47,807 bases of DNA from Bradymonadia bacterium (GTDB lineage: Bacteria > Myxococcota_A > Bradymonadia > UBA7976 > UBA1532). This document shows positions 27,129 through 37,767 of this stretch, piece by piece. The stretch is from positions 1 to 47,807 of the forward strand of contig JBKAGE010000012.1 in the NCBI GenBank assembly GCA_046290225.1, given 5' to 3'. Made by a program: the position numbers and the translations under genes. Within the stretch, counting starts at the first letter, position 1; every line of letters begins with the position of its first letter. The notes beneath the pieces are model-generated. The model worked only from the letters and a program-made list of their open reading frames with translations, ran no database searches and was not told the origin of the DNA.

Positions 27129-27179
27129 AGTGCTTCATGGTAGTCTCGGCGCCTCGTCACGTCGAGAGAGGCCCCACGC

Positions 27180-30100
27180 ATGACCCTGAAGCGCTCACTG
27201 AGCAGCCTGGCGCTGTGCATCTGGGTGCTGGTGGCGTGCGACGATGGGGCGAGCCCCTCAGCGGATGGGGGCCTGATGGCCGAAGAGGGCTGTACCGAAG
27301 GGGCCCAAGCACCGTGTGACACACCCTGCGCCGGGGGCACTCGCCAATGTGAAGGTGGGCGCTGGTCTACGTGTGAGCCTCCAGCGGAAGTCTGTGATGG
27401 CGCCGACAATGATTGTGATGGTGCCTCCGACGAGGGGTTCGAGCTGGGGCAGACCTGCACGGTGGGGATCGGTGCCTGTGTCGGTCAGGGCGTCCGCGTA
27501 TGTGACGAGGCTGGAGCGGTGATGTGTGATGCCGCGGCTGCTGCCCCCTCAGATGAGCAGTGCAACGGTGTGGACGACGACTGCGACGGCAGCACCGATG
27601 AAGGCATGGACGAAGGCACTGCATGTGAAGCGGGCCTGGGGCCATGCACCGCATCAGGGCAGATCAGGTGTGTTCAAGGCGCCTTGTTGTGTGACGCAGA
27701 GCCAGGGCAGCCAGGCCTTGAGCGTTGTAATGGCATCGACGACGACTGTGATGGCACCGCCGATGAAGACTACCTCGAGCTGGGAGAGTCCTGCATCGCT
27801 GGGATCGGGCTCTGTGCGCGCATGGGCACGGTGTTGTGTCTGACCGAAGACGAAGCAGGGTGCGACGCGACGCCGGGCCCACAGGCTGAAGAGCAGTGCA
27901 ATGGCGCTGACGACGACTGTGATGGCGAAGCCGACGAGGGCTTCACTCAGGTGGGCCAGCTGTGTGTCATCGGTGTTGGCATCTGCTCTGCCAGCGGCAC
28001 TTGGGTGTGTGGCCCCGAGGGCCAGGAGATCTGTACGGCTGCCGCAGGTGATCCCACCGAAGAGCTGTGCAATGGCGCCGATGACGACTGTGATGGTGCC
28101 ACCGACGAGGACTTCGACCTCGGAGCGCAGTGCAGCACAGGCCTGGGGGCGTGTGCGGCGCAGGGGGTGACAGTCTGCGATGCCCTTGAGGGCACCCAAT
28201 GTCAGATCGAAGCGCAGCCAGCGCCCACGCCAGAGGTGTGCAACGAGATCGACGATGACTGTGATGGCAACACCGACGAGGGCATCCCTGGTCTCGGAGC
28301 GCAGTGTGTTGTCGGTCAGGGCAACTGTGCCACAGAAGGGGTGCTGCGCTGTGGTGTCGGAGGCGTGCTCACCTGTGATGCCATCGGTGGGGTGCCGACA
28401 CCAGATGTGTGTGACGGTCTCGACAATGACTGTGACGGCACGGTGGACGAAGAGTTCCCTGGTGCGGGCGAGCGTTGCACGGCTGGCATGGGTGCGTGTC
28501 GTGCCGAGGGCATGCTGGCCTGTGATGCCGACGGCCTCGGAGTGAGCTGTACAGCTGTGGCTGGTGAGCCTTCTGGGGAGCAGTGCAATGGCATCGACGA
28601 CGACTGTGATGGCCGCACTGACGAGAACTTTCCCATCCTCGGTGGTGTGTGCGGTGCCGGCCGAGGTGGGTGCCGTACTGAAGGCCGCTTTGTCTGCGGC
28701 GTAAATGGAGTGACGTGCGACGCGGAGCCCGGAGCGCCCGGTGAAGAACGCTGCAATGGTGAAGATGACGACTGTGACGGCCGCACCGACGAGGGTTTTC
28801 AAGGCGTCGGCGGGCCCTGCGCCGTCGGGGTCGGCCAGTGCGCCGCCGAGGGCGTGCTCGTGTGCACCCCGCAAGGCGACGAGGTGGTCTGTGATGCTGC
28901 ACCTCTGACCCCTGGCCCAGAACTGTGCGACACCCTCGACAATGATTGTGATGGCGAAGCAGACGAGACCTTCGAGGTGCTCGGGGGCGTGTGTGTCGTC
29001 GGCGCAGGCCTCTGCGCAGCGCCAGGCGTGTGGGTGTGTGACGAGGCTGGTCTGAGCACGCGCTGTGATGGCACGCCAGGCGCACCCGCTGAAGAGCGCT
29101 GTAACGTTGAGGACGACGATTGCGATGGCGTCACCGACGAGGGCTTCCCCCCCATTGGCGAAGGGTGTGTCGTGGGTCGCGGTGCATGCACCGCCATCGG
29201 CCAATGGCAATGCACTGCAGATGGGGCCGGCGCGCTGTGTGATGGCATCGAAGGGGTGCCGGGTGTCGAAGCGTGCAATGCCATCGATGATGACTGTGAC
29301 GGGCCTGTCGACGAAGACTTCCCAACCCTCGGCAGCGCCTGCTCACCGGGTGTGGGTCTCTGCCGCCGCGAGGGCGTGCGCACCTGCAACGATGCCGGCG
29401 ACGGTGTGGTGTGCAGCGTAGAAGCGGGCGCGCCGTCGGCAGAGGTGTGTGATGGCCTCGACAACGACTGCGATGGTGCCACCGACGAGGACTGGCCAGA
29501 TGCTGGCGCTGCCTGTGTTGTCGGGGTCGGTGTGTGTCGCAGCGTGGGCGTACTGGTGTGTGCTGGCCTTGATGGCCCGCAGTGTGATGCTTCTGCCGGC
29601 GTACCGTCGGCAGAGGTGTGTGACGGCCTCGACAACGACTGCGATGGTGAAGCTGACGAGCACTTGCCTGCCCTCGGTACACCGTGCGCCGTCGGCGACT
29701 TGTGTGGCCTTTCTGGTGTGTGGGGCTGTGATGCAGGCGCCATGCGCTGCGTGCCCGACGGTGGCCCTCAGGCAGATGGATGCGTCGCACCTGCCTGTGA
29801 GCCGGATGCCGCAGAGCCCAACGATGTGCCTGGGGCAGGCGAGCGCCTCGAGCTGGGCAGCGCGAACACCTTCAACTTCTGCGATGACGGCGAGGACTGG
29901 CACCGGTTCGAGGGGCGCGCGGGGGTGGACTACCGCCTCGCCGCCACACCCACCGAGGTGATGGCTGGGGCGATCATGATCGAGATCTACGATCCCGTCA
30001 GCGGCACACTGCACAGCGCCGATCAGGGGACTGGCCCTGGTGGGCAGGCGCTGATCCCTCGATTCAGGCCTCAGCGGGATGGCGAGTGGTGGGTGAGGGC

Positions 30101-33100
30101 CACCAGCCTGCGTGGTCCCGTGGAGGGCGGTGAGTACACGCTGCACAGCGGCCTCGCCTGTGACGACGATGTGTACGAGCCCGATGATGTGCGTGACCGG
30201 GCGAGCCGGATCGATGTGGGCGAGATGCAAATCCGCACACTCTGTGGCGGTCCGGACTGGGTCCGGATCGAGGCTGAGGCGGGTACGATCTATGCCCTCG
30301 ACGCTCATGACCTCAGAGGAGGGGCTGACCCCTACCTCGAGCTGTACGATGCTGAGGGTACCCTGCTCCGCGTCGATCGGGACAGCGGGCGCCGCCTCGC
30401 CGCGCAGCTGTGGTGGCAGGCCCAGGCAGAGGGCAGCTACTTCGTGCGGGTGCTCAATCGGCCCGCCGAGGGGGCCCCTGATACAGCGCGCTATGGCGCA
30501 GGCCGTGGGTACACGCTGCAGCTGAGCACACCGGCATGGCCTCGCTGTGTGAGCGAGCCCATCTGCCCCGAGGGATCTACGTGCCTGCTCGGTCAGTGCG
30601 TGCCGTTCTCCGAGTGTGGGCCGGACCTGCGAGAAGAAGATGATGCCTGGTCAGAGGCCTGGCTCGCCCAGGTGGGCCGAGGGTATGCACTCAATCACTG
30701 CGCCGACACCGAGGACTGGTTGAGGTTCAAGGCCAGCGAGGCGACGCGCTATGACGTAGAGGTCTATGGCGTACGCGGTCCTCGAGCGGTCCAGATTCAA
30801 CTCGTCGACCTTGCCTCCGAGGAGGTCCTCGCCGAAGGGGTCCCCAAGGTGGACGGCGCCCAAATCAGCCTCTGGCGACCGGACAGCTCCAGCACCTTCG
30901 GAGTCAGAGTGGTGGAGACTGAGCCCCCTGAAGATGATCGTCGCCACACGGTCGTCGTTCGACCTGCATGTCTCGACGATCAGGCTGAGCCCGACAACGC
31001 CCCCTGGCTTGCCTCTGCGATCCCCCTCGATGGCCGCGTCGTCGCTCGGCAGCTCTGCCAGCCCGATTGGATGAAGTTCGAGATCGAGGAGGGCACTGGC
31101 TTGAGCCTCACCCTCGTCGGCGCAGGTGTCAGTCTGGAGATCAGAGGTCGCGATGGCGGTGCCACCCGTCTGGCCAGCTTGACCACGCAAGATGGTCTGC
31201 CTACCCGCTTGGACTGGGCGCCGAGCGCCTCTGGCGAATACTTCCTGCGGATCACCTCTGCAGAGGGCACCTATGGCGGTCAACGGCTCTATACACTCAC
31301 CGCCATCACCCAGCCGCGGGCTGAGCAGTGTGTGTCGGTGTGCAGCACCCGCACGCTCCTGTGTGGTGAGCGCCCTGTCGTCGATGGCGGCCCCCGACTG
31401 GCCCATCTCGTACATCAAGGGGGCAGCTACCCCTTACATCTCGTCGTTGATCGTGCGGCGCTTCAGCTCGACGCGGGTGTCGACGTGACCGACTTGCCCG
31501 GAGTACTTGAGGTGATCCCCAGCAGGCTCACCCCGAGGGGAGTGTACGGGGTGCGCCTCAAGAGCCCTGGCGCTCTGAGCGCGCTCAAGCACCACCCCGC
31601 CGTGCGCCGTGCCGAGTCGATCTATCGCGACGCCCACGGACGCCCGATCTGGCTCACGGGCACCGTGGTGGCGCGCGTGCGCGGCGACGGTGGTCCGAGC
31701 GCCGCAAAGGCCCTCGCAGACGACTATGGGCTGCAAGTGAGCAAGCCTGTCAGCGGCCTGCCTGGCGTCTGGCTGATGACAGTCGATCCACACAGTGAAG
31801 TCGACGCTGTGCACATCGCCGCCGCCATGCACACAGACGGCGCGGTGCGGTGGGCACACCCTGACATCTGGTTGCATCAGGTGCCCCACACCGAGGTGGA
31901 TGATCCCCTGTACCCCGCTCAATGGCATCTGGGCCATGAGCCTGGCGTCGAAGATCCCACCCTCGCCCGGCAGGGCATTGACGTGCGAGCCCACAGGGCC
32001 TGGCCTCTGATGGAAGCGGGCCAGCCGGTACCCGTGGCTGTCTTCGACGACGGTTTCGACCTTGAGCACCCCGATCTGCCGTACGCCGAAGATCCGGAGC
32101 GCCCAGGGCAGAGGTGGTTGATCAACGCCCCAGCGAACCCCGAGGCCCTGCTGCCCATCGGCCTCGCCAATCACGGCACCTCTGTGGCAGGTCTCGCCCT
32201 CGCCCGAACTGACAACGGAGCTGGCGTCGCCGGAGTATGCCCACAATGCACATTGGTGCCTGCCTTTGGCGCCACCACGAGCTCCATCGCTCAGCTCGCC
32301 GAGGTGTTCCTCACATTGCGGGATGAAGGCGTCGCCGTCGTCAACAACAGTTGGGGGGCAGCCCCAGGCCGCGTACCCGTACTCGACCCCGATGGAGTGC
32401 CCGGCGGTCCGGCGGTGCTGCCCCTCGCCGACGTACTCGCCGAGGCCATCGAAAGCGTCGCCACCGCGGGGCGTGGTGGCCTCGGTGCCGTGATCGTTTT
32501 CTCGGCCGGCAATGGGAATGCCCCTGTGGATTTCGATCCATTCTCTGCCGCCGATGGGGTGATCGCTGTGGGGGCCATCGCCGACGATGGCCTCAAATCG
32601 CCATACAGCAACTTCGGTCACCGACTCTGGATCAGCGCCCCCTCTTCAGGGGGAGAGACCTCAGGGGTGCTCACCACCGACGCCACAGGGCTGTGGGGCT
32701 ACAGCCCCGGAGACTACACCGACAGCTTTGGCGGCACCTCTGCGGCGGCCCCCCTCGTGGCGGGGGCTGCAGGGGCCATGATCAGCGTGAACCCCGAGCT
32801 CACCGCAGCTCAGGTGAAAGATCTGCTGCGTCTCACAGCACGCCCCATCGATCCATTGCACGGTCAGTGGCGAGACGACGGAGAGGGCCGGCGGTGGTCC
32901 CCGCTCTACGGCTACGGCATGCTCGATGTCGAAGCGGCTGTGCTCGCCGCTGCTCGAGGGTGTGATCCGCAGGTGAACGATCGCTGCGTCCCCCTCGGCG
33001 ATGCGTGTCCAGATGGCACCCCAGGGCTCTTCGAGGGTGGCTGTGACGGCGAGGGCGGGCCACATGCACAGTGCGAAACGTGCAGCTTCGATCGACGCTG

Positions 33101-33611
33101 CCCCGGCCTGTGCGCGGTGGCGCCGGGGGCCCCCGAGGCCTTCTGTTTGCTGCCATGTGAAGATGGAGCGTGCCCCTCAGGGACTTGCATCAATGGCGTG
33201 TGCTACCCAGAGGCCGGGTGCGCCCCTGTCGTAGACGAGATCTGTGATGATGCCGATCAAGACCTCGATGGCCACATCGACGAGGGCGCATGCCCCGTGG
33301 TGCCATTGGGGGCGCTCTGTGACGCTGATCGAGCCTGTATGTCTGGTGGGCTGTGCGTCGAAGGGGTGTGCCGTGCGCAGTGTGGTCCGCTCGAGCCCTG
33401 CGCTGGCCCGGGGGAGCGATGCCTTGCCCAGGTCGATCGATTTGGCACCACCACCGGCCGCCGAATCTGCCTGCCAGTACAATCCGACATCTATGACTGC
33501 CTCTCGGCCTGCTATGGCATCCAGCGGCAGCAGGGGCAGCTTGCCGTGCTCACCCTCGACGCCTGCGTGGAGCCCGCCCAGTCTTGTGCTCAAGTGGAGA
33601 GATGTTTCTGA
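27180..33611 (+). CDS. Giant (2143 aa) lipoprotein: 14 MopE-like Cys/Asp repeats, PPC-like domains, S8 subtilase domain, Cys-rich tail
   Basis: Lipobox LVAC; 14 copies of (E/D)xC(N/D)xxD(D/N)DCDGxxDE at ~60-aa period; triad FDDG, NHGTSVAG, GGTSAAAP. Confidence 0.88.
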   Translation: MTLKRSLSSLALCIWVLVACDDGASPSADGGLMAEEGCTEGAQAPCDTPCAGGTRQCEGGRWSTCEPPAEVCDGADNDCDGASDEGFELGQTCTVGIGACVGQGVRVCDEAGAVMCDAAAAAPSDEQCNGVDDDCDGSTDEGMDEGTACEAGLGPCTASGQIRCVQGALLCDAEPGQPGLERCNGIDDDCDGTADEDYLELGESCIAGIGLCARMGTVLCLTEDEAGCDATPGPQAEEQCNGADDDCDGEADEGFTQVGQLCVIGVGICSASGTWVCGPEGQEICTAAAGDPTEELCNGADDDCDGATDEDFDLGAQCSTGLGACAAQGVTVCDALEGTQCQIEAQPAPTPEVCNEIDDDCDGNTDEGIPGLGAQCVVGQGNCATEGVLRCGVGGVLTCDAIGGVPTPDVCDGLDNDCDGTVDEEFPGAGERCTAGMGACRAEGMLACDADGLGVSCTAVAGEPSGEQCNGIDDDCDGRTDENFPILGGVCGAGRGGCRTEGRFVCGVNGVTCDAEPGAPGEERCNGEDDDCDGRTDEGFQGVGGPCAVGVGQCAAEGVLVCTPQGDEVVCDAAPLTPGPELCDTLDNDCDGEADETFEVLGGVCVVGAGLCAAPGVWVCDEAGLSTRCDGTPGAPAEERCNVEDDDCDGVTDEGFPPIGEGCVVGRGACTAIGQWQCTADGAGALCDGIEGVPGVEACNAIDDDCDGPVDEDFPTLGSACSPGVGLCRREGVRTCNDAGDGVVCSVEAGAPSAEVCDGLDNDCDGATDEDWPDAGAACVVGVGVCRSVGVLVCAGLDGPQCDASAGVPSAEVCDGLDNDCDGEADEHLPALGTPCAVGDLCGLSGVWGCDAGAMRCVPDGGPQADGCVAPACEPDAAEPNDVPGAGERLELGSANTFNFCDDGEDWHRFEGRAGVDYRLAATPTEVMAGAIMIEIYDPVSGTLHSADQGTGPGGQALIPRFRPQRDGEWWVRATSLRGPVEGGEYTLHSGLACDDDVYEPDDVRDRASRIDVGEMQIRTLCGGPDWVRIEAEAGTIYALDAHDLRGGADPYLELYDAEGTLLRVDRDSGRRLAAQLWWQAQAEGSYFVRVLNRPAEGAPDTARYGAGRGYTLQLSTPAWPRCVSEPICPEGSTCLLGQCVPFSECGPDLREEDDAWSEAWLAQVGRGYALNHCADTEDWLRFKASEATRYDVEVYGVRGPRAVQIQLVDLASEEVLAEGVPKVDGAQISLWRPDSSSTFGVRVVETEPPEDDRRHTVVVRPACLDDQAEPDNAPWLASAIPLDGRVVARQLCQPDWMKFEIEEGTGLSLTLVGAGVSLEIRGRDGGATRLASLTTQDGLPTRLDWAPSASGEYFLRITSAEGTYGGQRLYTLTAITQPRAEQCVSVCSTRTLLCGERPVVDGGPRLAHLVHQGGSYPLHLVVDRAALQLDAGVDVTDLPGVLEVIPSRLTPRGVYGVRLKSPGALSALKHHPAVRRAESIYRDAHGRPIWLTGTVVARVRGDGGPSAAKALADDYGLQVSKPVSGLPGVWLMTVDPHSEVDAVHIAAAMHTDGAVRWAHPDIWLHQVPHTEVDDPLYPAQWHLGHEPGVEDPTLARQGIDVRAHRAWPLMEAGQPVPVAVFDDGFDLEHPDLPYAEDPERPGQRWLINAPANPEALLPIGLANHGTSVAGLALARTDNGAGVAGVCPQCTLVPAFGATTSSIAQLAEVFLTLRDEGVAVVNNSWGAAPGRVPVLDPDGVPGGPAVLPLADVLAEAIESVATAGRGGLGAVIVFSAGNGNAPVDFDPFSAADGVIAVGAIADDGLKSPYSNFGHRLWISAPSSGGETSGVLTTDATGLWGYSPGDYTDSFGGTSAAAPLVAGAAGAMISVNPELTAAQVKDLLRLTARPIDPLHGQWRDDGEGRRWSPLYGYGMLDVEAAVLAAARGCDPQVNDRCVPLGDACPDGTPGLFEGGCDGEGGPHAQCETCSFDRRCPGLCAVAPGAPEAFCLLPCEDGACPSGTCINGVCYPEAGCAPVVDEICDDADQDLDGHIDEGACPVVPLGALCDADRACMSGGLCVEGVCRAQCGPLEPCAGPGERCLAQVDRFGTTTGRRICLPVQSDIYDCLSACYGIQRQQGQLAVLTLDACVEPAQSCAQVERCF

Positions 33612-34201
33612 TGCGCCCTGTGTTGATCCTGATCGGCTGTCTGACCCTGCTCACCAGCGCCTGTGGCAAGAAAGCCGAGTCCCCTGAAGATCAAAAGCCG
33701 CCTCTCAACCAGCTGATCAAAGAAGATGTACGCACCCGCGCTCGCGGCGTGCTACAGCCGGTGAAGGTGAAGCTCAAGAAGGCCCTCACCACGGCCATCA
33801 GCGAGACCGGTCCTGAGGGCGCAGTGGAGGCATGCCGCATCAAGGCGCCGGCCATCACCGCAGGGGCCAACCAGAAGCTCATCAAGCTGGGCCGCAGCGC
33901 TGCCAGATTGCGCAATCCCAAGAACGCCCCCGCAGACTGGCTCAAGCCAGTCATCGAAAAATACGCCACAGGTCCTGCTGCCTCGGGGGCCTACGAGGTG
34001 ATCCCCATCTCCGGCCGGCGCTACGGCTATGTCGAGCCCATCTACACCGGTCATCTGTGCACCACCTGCCATGGCGATCGGGTCAGCTCAGTGGTGCGGG
34101 CGGCCATCGCCGAGGGCTACCCCGAAGACAAAGCCATGGGCTTCAAGCCCGGTCAGTTCCGTGGGGTGTTCTGGGTGGAGATGCACGAGTCGGTGTTGTG
34201 A
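33611..34201 (+). CDS. DUF3365/Tll0287-like mono-heme cytochrome c lipoprotein
   Basis: TGATG overlap with the upstream gene; lipobox TSAC; LRNPKNAP, CTTCHG, YPEDKAMGFKPGQFRG. Confidence 0.8.
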   Translation: MRPVLILIGCLTLLTSACGKKAESPEDQKPPLNQLIKEDVRTRARGVLQPVKVKLKKALTTAISETGPEGAVEACRIKAPAITAGANQKLIKLGRSAARLRNPKNAPADWLKPVIEKYATGPAASGAYEVIPISGRRYGYVEPIYTGHLCTTCHGDRVSSVVRAAIAEGYPEDKAMGFKPGQFRGVFWVEMHESVL

Positions 34202-34689
34202 GATCGTTCCAATATGTGGGCCCGGCGGAGATCGCTGCGCATGCCAGGCATCAACCCGGCGGCACGCCCGTTCGCGATCCACAGGCCTGGTCAGGATGGA
34301 TCACTGCTCATCAGCACTTGAGCACCCCCATTGGCCTCTGGGCCACATACACCATCAGCCTGGATGGTGTGTTGCACCTTGCGCCACGGGGCAGCGAGCA
34401 CGTGGCCTGCGCCAGCGGCAAGCCAGTACTCGGCGCTGGAGAGCTGCTCGTGGGCGAGGGCGAGATCATCGAGTTGACCAACAACTCCACAGGATATTGT
34501 CCTGATGCCTCGTGTTGGTCTGCGGTAAAAGCCGCAGTAGAGTCCGCGGGCATCGAACACCCCGGGCGCTTCACTTTCGAGGCGGTCTTCCGTCGGTGTG
34601 AGGCCTGTGGTGAGCGTAACCTCGTGAAAGAGCAGTGGTTCGAGTGCGCGCTTTGTGGCGCAGACTTGCCTGAGAGCTACAACTTTTGA
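34198..34689 (+). CDS. Hypothetical protein with C-terminal zinc ribbon
   Basis: GTGA overlap at 34198; SEHVAC...GAGE...NNSTGYCP; CEAC...CALC. Confidence 0.7.
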   Translation: MRSFQYVGPAEIAAHARHQPGGTPVRDPQAWSGWITAHQHLSTPIGLWATYTISLDGVLHLAPRGSEHVACASGKPVLGAGELLVGEGEIIELTNNSTGYCPDASCWSAVKAAVESAGIEHPGRFTFEAVFRRCEACGERNLVKEQWFECALCGADLPESYNF

Positions 34690-34832
34690 GGTGGGGGGAT
34701 GTGCACTTTTGGGGCGATGGGCCATCCTGAGCAGGACGCGTATCTATTATCAGGAAAACAAACTGTAAGTACATCCTATTAAACACTCATTGATACCATC
34801 ACCCTCCGGCACTCACCATGCGGAGGTGTGTC

Positions 34833-35720
34833 ATGATGCACAGTGAGCTGTCCATCCTCTTCGGGCGACCCTGGCAGGGTCCCACGCTCGACGACCGTTT
34901 CCACTATGAAGCCGATGCTGCAGAGGCCTTGGGCATCGAATCGTGGGCCATCCCCCTCGATCCGGTGGTCAACCTCGCCCCGGAGCGGGCGCTGTGGCAT
35001 TTGCCCCCTGGCTGTGGGCGCCAATGGGTCTACCGTGGGTGGATGATCAGCGGTGAAGAGTACGAGGGGCTCTACGAAGCCATCCTCGATCGAGGTGATG
35101 TACTGGTCACCCACCCGGACGAGTTTGTCGCTGCCACATATATGCCCGAGTACCTTCCGTGCCTGGGCGATCGCACGGCTCCGAGCCGCTGGACTTACGG
35201 TGAAGATCTCGACGAGGCTTGGCTGCTGGCGCTGAGCCTCGGTGAAGGCCCCTGGATCATCAAAGATCACGTGAAGTCGGCGAAGGAGCACTGGCATCAG
35301 GCCTGTTTCGTGCCTCGGAGCGTCGACGAGGAGACCTTCAAGACGATGTGTCAGGCCCTCATCGACATTCGTGGGGATCGCTTCGAAGGGGGCATCGTCA
35401 TCCGCAAATACCTCGATCTCGTGCGTCTGCCCTATGCCAGCGTCTCGGGACCGACCCACGAGGAGCATCGTCTGGTGTTCTGGCAAGGTGAGCTGGTGGC
35501 CCATGCGCCGTACTTCGACGGGGTGGAGATGTCGACACTCGACCCGGATGACTTCGCCTGGATCGGGGATGCCATCGAGTCGCCGTTCTTCATCGCCGAT
35601 GTGGCGCGGTTGGCTTCTGGTGGTTGGACGGTGATCGAGATCAACGATGGAGGGTGTGCGATTTTGCCGGATCAGATGGATCCACGGGAGATGTATCAGG
35701 CGATGCTTGATTCGATCTGA
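34833..35720 (+). CDS. ATP-grasp domain protein (R2K clade / DUF4343-like)
   Basis: GGAGG RBS; YRGWM, IKDHVKSAKEHW, EEHRLVF, FFIADVA, VIEINDG. Confidence 0.8.
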   Translation: MMHSELSILFGRPWQGPTLDDRFHYEADAAEALGIESWAIPLDPVVNLAPERALWHLPPGCGRQWVYRGWMISGEEYEGLYEAILDRGDVLVTHPDEFVAATYMPEYLPCLGDRTAPSRWTYGEDLDEAWLLALSLGEGPWIIKDHVKSAKEHWHQACFVPRSVDEETFKTMCQALIDIRGDRFEGGIVIRKYLDLVRLPYASVSGPTHEEHRLVFWQGELVAHAPYFDGVEMSTLDPDDFAWIGDAIESPFFIADVARLASGGWTVIEINDGGCAILPDQMDPREMYQAMLDSI

Positions 35721-35744
35721 TGGCCCATCTCATTGCTTGGAGAG

Positions 35745-36039
35745 AGTTTCGGGCACGGGTACGGGCACGGGCACGGGCACGAGTTTTACGGATATGGACC
35801 CGTGGCCCTACATGGCTCTGCTCGTAGGTCTGTGATGGTGGAGGCTCTACTCGGCCCCACGTTCCTCTCAATGGAGGCTTTTGGCCTCCATACATCCCAA
35901 GACCTGAACTCTCAAGTCGTTCGGAAACACATCATCTCAGTTTCAGTTGTATTCTTCGTCCTGAGTTCAGGAAGGACAGTGGATCCACACCCGAATCAAC
36001 TCGTGCCCGTGCCCGTGCCCGTGCCCGTGCCCGAAAACT
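35745..36039. mobile_element. Family A MITE/REPIN-like element, copy 2
   Basis: AGTTTC(GGGYAC)5GAGTT ... CACACCCGAATCAACTC(GTGCCC)5GAAAACT; interior matches the reverse complement of 5870-6237 (e.g. TGTGATGGTGGAGGCTCTACTCGGCCCCA identical). Confidence 0.75.
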
Positions 36040-36081
36040 CTCTCTGCGAGCGAAGGCGTCAGCCGCAGCGAGTGCACGCGT

Positions 36082-37695
36082 TCACCGGTCGATCGAAGCC
36101 CAATCAAACCGACTCACCTTGAACGCATCCGGCGTACCCCCAGTGACATAGGTCGTGAGCTGACCGTTCGCCATGTAGAGATCATCGTGCACTACCATCA
36201 GGCCGCTGTGACCGCCTTCGGGCAGATCGATCATCGAGAGGTGACCCTTCGTCCAGGAAGCATCCCGGGGCTGCACCCGGGCGAGGTGATTGGGGAAGAT
36301 GATGTAGAGCGTGTTGTCCACGAAGCGGATGCCGTCAGCCCCACCGAGGACCTCGTGGAACCAGTCCCCGTCAAAGTCCACCTTCTCCACTTTCCCGGGC
36401 TCGTCCACATCGACCACCATCAGCCGTGAGGGCAGGTAGTTGGTGATGAGCACCTTCTGGCCGTCGGGGCTGATGGCGATGCCGTTGGTGCCCACGCCGA
36501 TGGAGTCGAGCAGATCGTCGTCCGAGGCCCAGATCTCGATGTCGCCGGTGCTGAGGTCCACCCGGTACACGTTGGGGTTCTCGCGGTCGGTGACATAGGC
36601 CACATCGGAAGACGCCAGCGCCAGATCGTTGCAGGAGCCATCGTCGTAGGCCGTGGTGAGATCAAAGGTGTGCAGCAGCTCGCCGGACTCGATGTCGTGT
36701 ACCCGGACCACTCCAGGGTAGGCCCCGTCGACGTCGGTACGCACAGCACAGGACCACAGGCGGCCCTTCTCGGCGTCGACGCGAATGCCCAGAGTGCCCA
36801 TGCCCTCTTCATCATCGGAGAAGGGCCAGAGGCTACCATCGGCGTCGATCTGGGTGATGCCCCCGCCATTGAGGGTGCCCACGTACATGGCATCGCCGAC
36901 CGGGTCGTAATCACAGCTCTCAGGGTGCTGATCGACGCGGGGCAGGGCGTAGGTGTCTTTGTGCTCGGTGGGCTGCAGGTGACCCTTACAGGGCTTGCCG
37001 TCACAGGTCACCGTGGCGGTGTAAGTGTAATGCCCGGTGAGGCCGAACCACGTGGAGATCGGGAACACCTCTACAGCGAACTCCACATCGCTGGAGAAGG
37101 GCTGTGGCAGGTCGAGGGTGTGCTTGAAGTCGCGATCACCGGGCAGGAACTTGCCGTCGAGGGTGAGGGTCTGGGCGCCGAGGTCGAAGGTGAACCGGCG
37201 GAAGTGCTCCAGACGCTCGAGATCCTCTTTGACGTAGACCGGGGTCCAGCCCTCGTCGCTGCCGGCGGGGCGCACCTTCACCATGAAGAGCAGCTCGTCA
37301 CGGATGCTGGCGAGGGCGCCCTTGGGCTTCACCCGGATGTCGATGACCGTCTCGTCGTGATCGGGCTGGAACACGAGCCGCTCGGTCTGCACCTGCACCA
37401 TGACCCGGGAGGCCTCGAGCACCGAGGTGTAACCCACGTGGCTGGCGCTGCGCATCCGGGCGTCGACGCCCCATGTGGCGACATCGAGGATGCGCCCACC
37501 GACCTTGTCGGCCTTCTCTCCACCGACGACCAGCTCGGGGGTGCCTGCGCTCTCGGTGTCGCGAGTGGCAACTTCAGAAGCCATCCCGTCGCCTTCAGTC
37601 GCCGGCTCACCACACCCCAGGAGCATGGCCAGGGGCAGGAGGCCGAGGGCCTGGGGCAACGTGCGGAGCGGCATGAACGCTGAACGATGAGTCAT
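36082..37695 (-). CDS. Lipoprotein with C-terminal SMP-30/gluconolactonase-like beta-propeller
   Basis: Lipobox LLGC; 'KAD' motif; HPES, SCNDLAL, GTNGIAISPDG, GADGIRF. Confidence 0.78.
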   Translation of the reverse strand: MTHRSAFMPLRTLPQALGLLPLAMLLGCGEPATEGDGMASEVATRDTESAGTPELVVGGEKADKVGGRILDVATWGVDARMRSASHVGYTSVLEASRVMVQVQTERLVFQPDHDETVIDIRVKPKGALASIRDELLFMVKVRPAGSDEGWTPVYVKEDLERLEHFRRFTFDLGAQTLTLDGKFLPGDRDFKHTLDLPQPFSSDVEFAVEVFPISTWFGLTGHYTYTATVTCDGKPCKGHLQPTEHKDTYALPRVDQHPESCDYDPVGDAMYVGTLNGGGITQIDADGSLWPFSDDEEGMGTLGIRVDAEKGRLWSCAVRTDVDGAYPGVVRVHDIESGELLHTFDLTTAYDDGSCNDLALASSDVAYVTDRENPNVYRVDLSTGDIEIWASDDDLLDSIGVGTNGIAISPDGQKVLITNYLPSRLMVVDVDEPGKVEKVDFDGDWFHEVLGGADGIRFVDNTLYIIFPNHLARVQPRDASWTKGHLSMIDLPEGGHSGLMVVHDDLYMANGQLTTYVTGGTPDAFKVSRFDWASIDR

Positions 37696-37767
37696 GGTGA
37701 GCGTCTCCGAAGGGCTGAAGGCGTGTGCTGTTGGCGAAAATGAAGTGCAGCCCGTATGCCAAGACTC

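Noticed and set aside
33832..34197. N-terminal extension of the zinc-ribbon ORF
   Set aside because: Out-of-frame overlap with the cytochrome gene; GTGA coupling at 34198 is the better start
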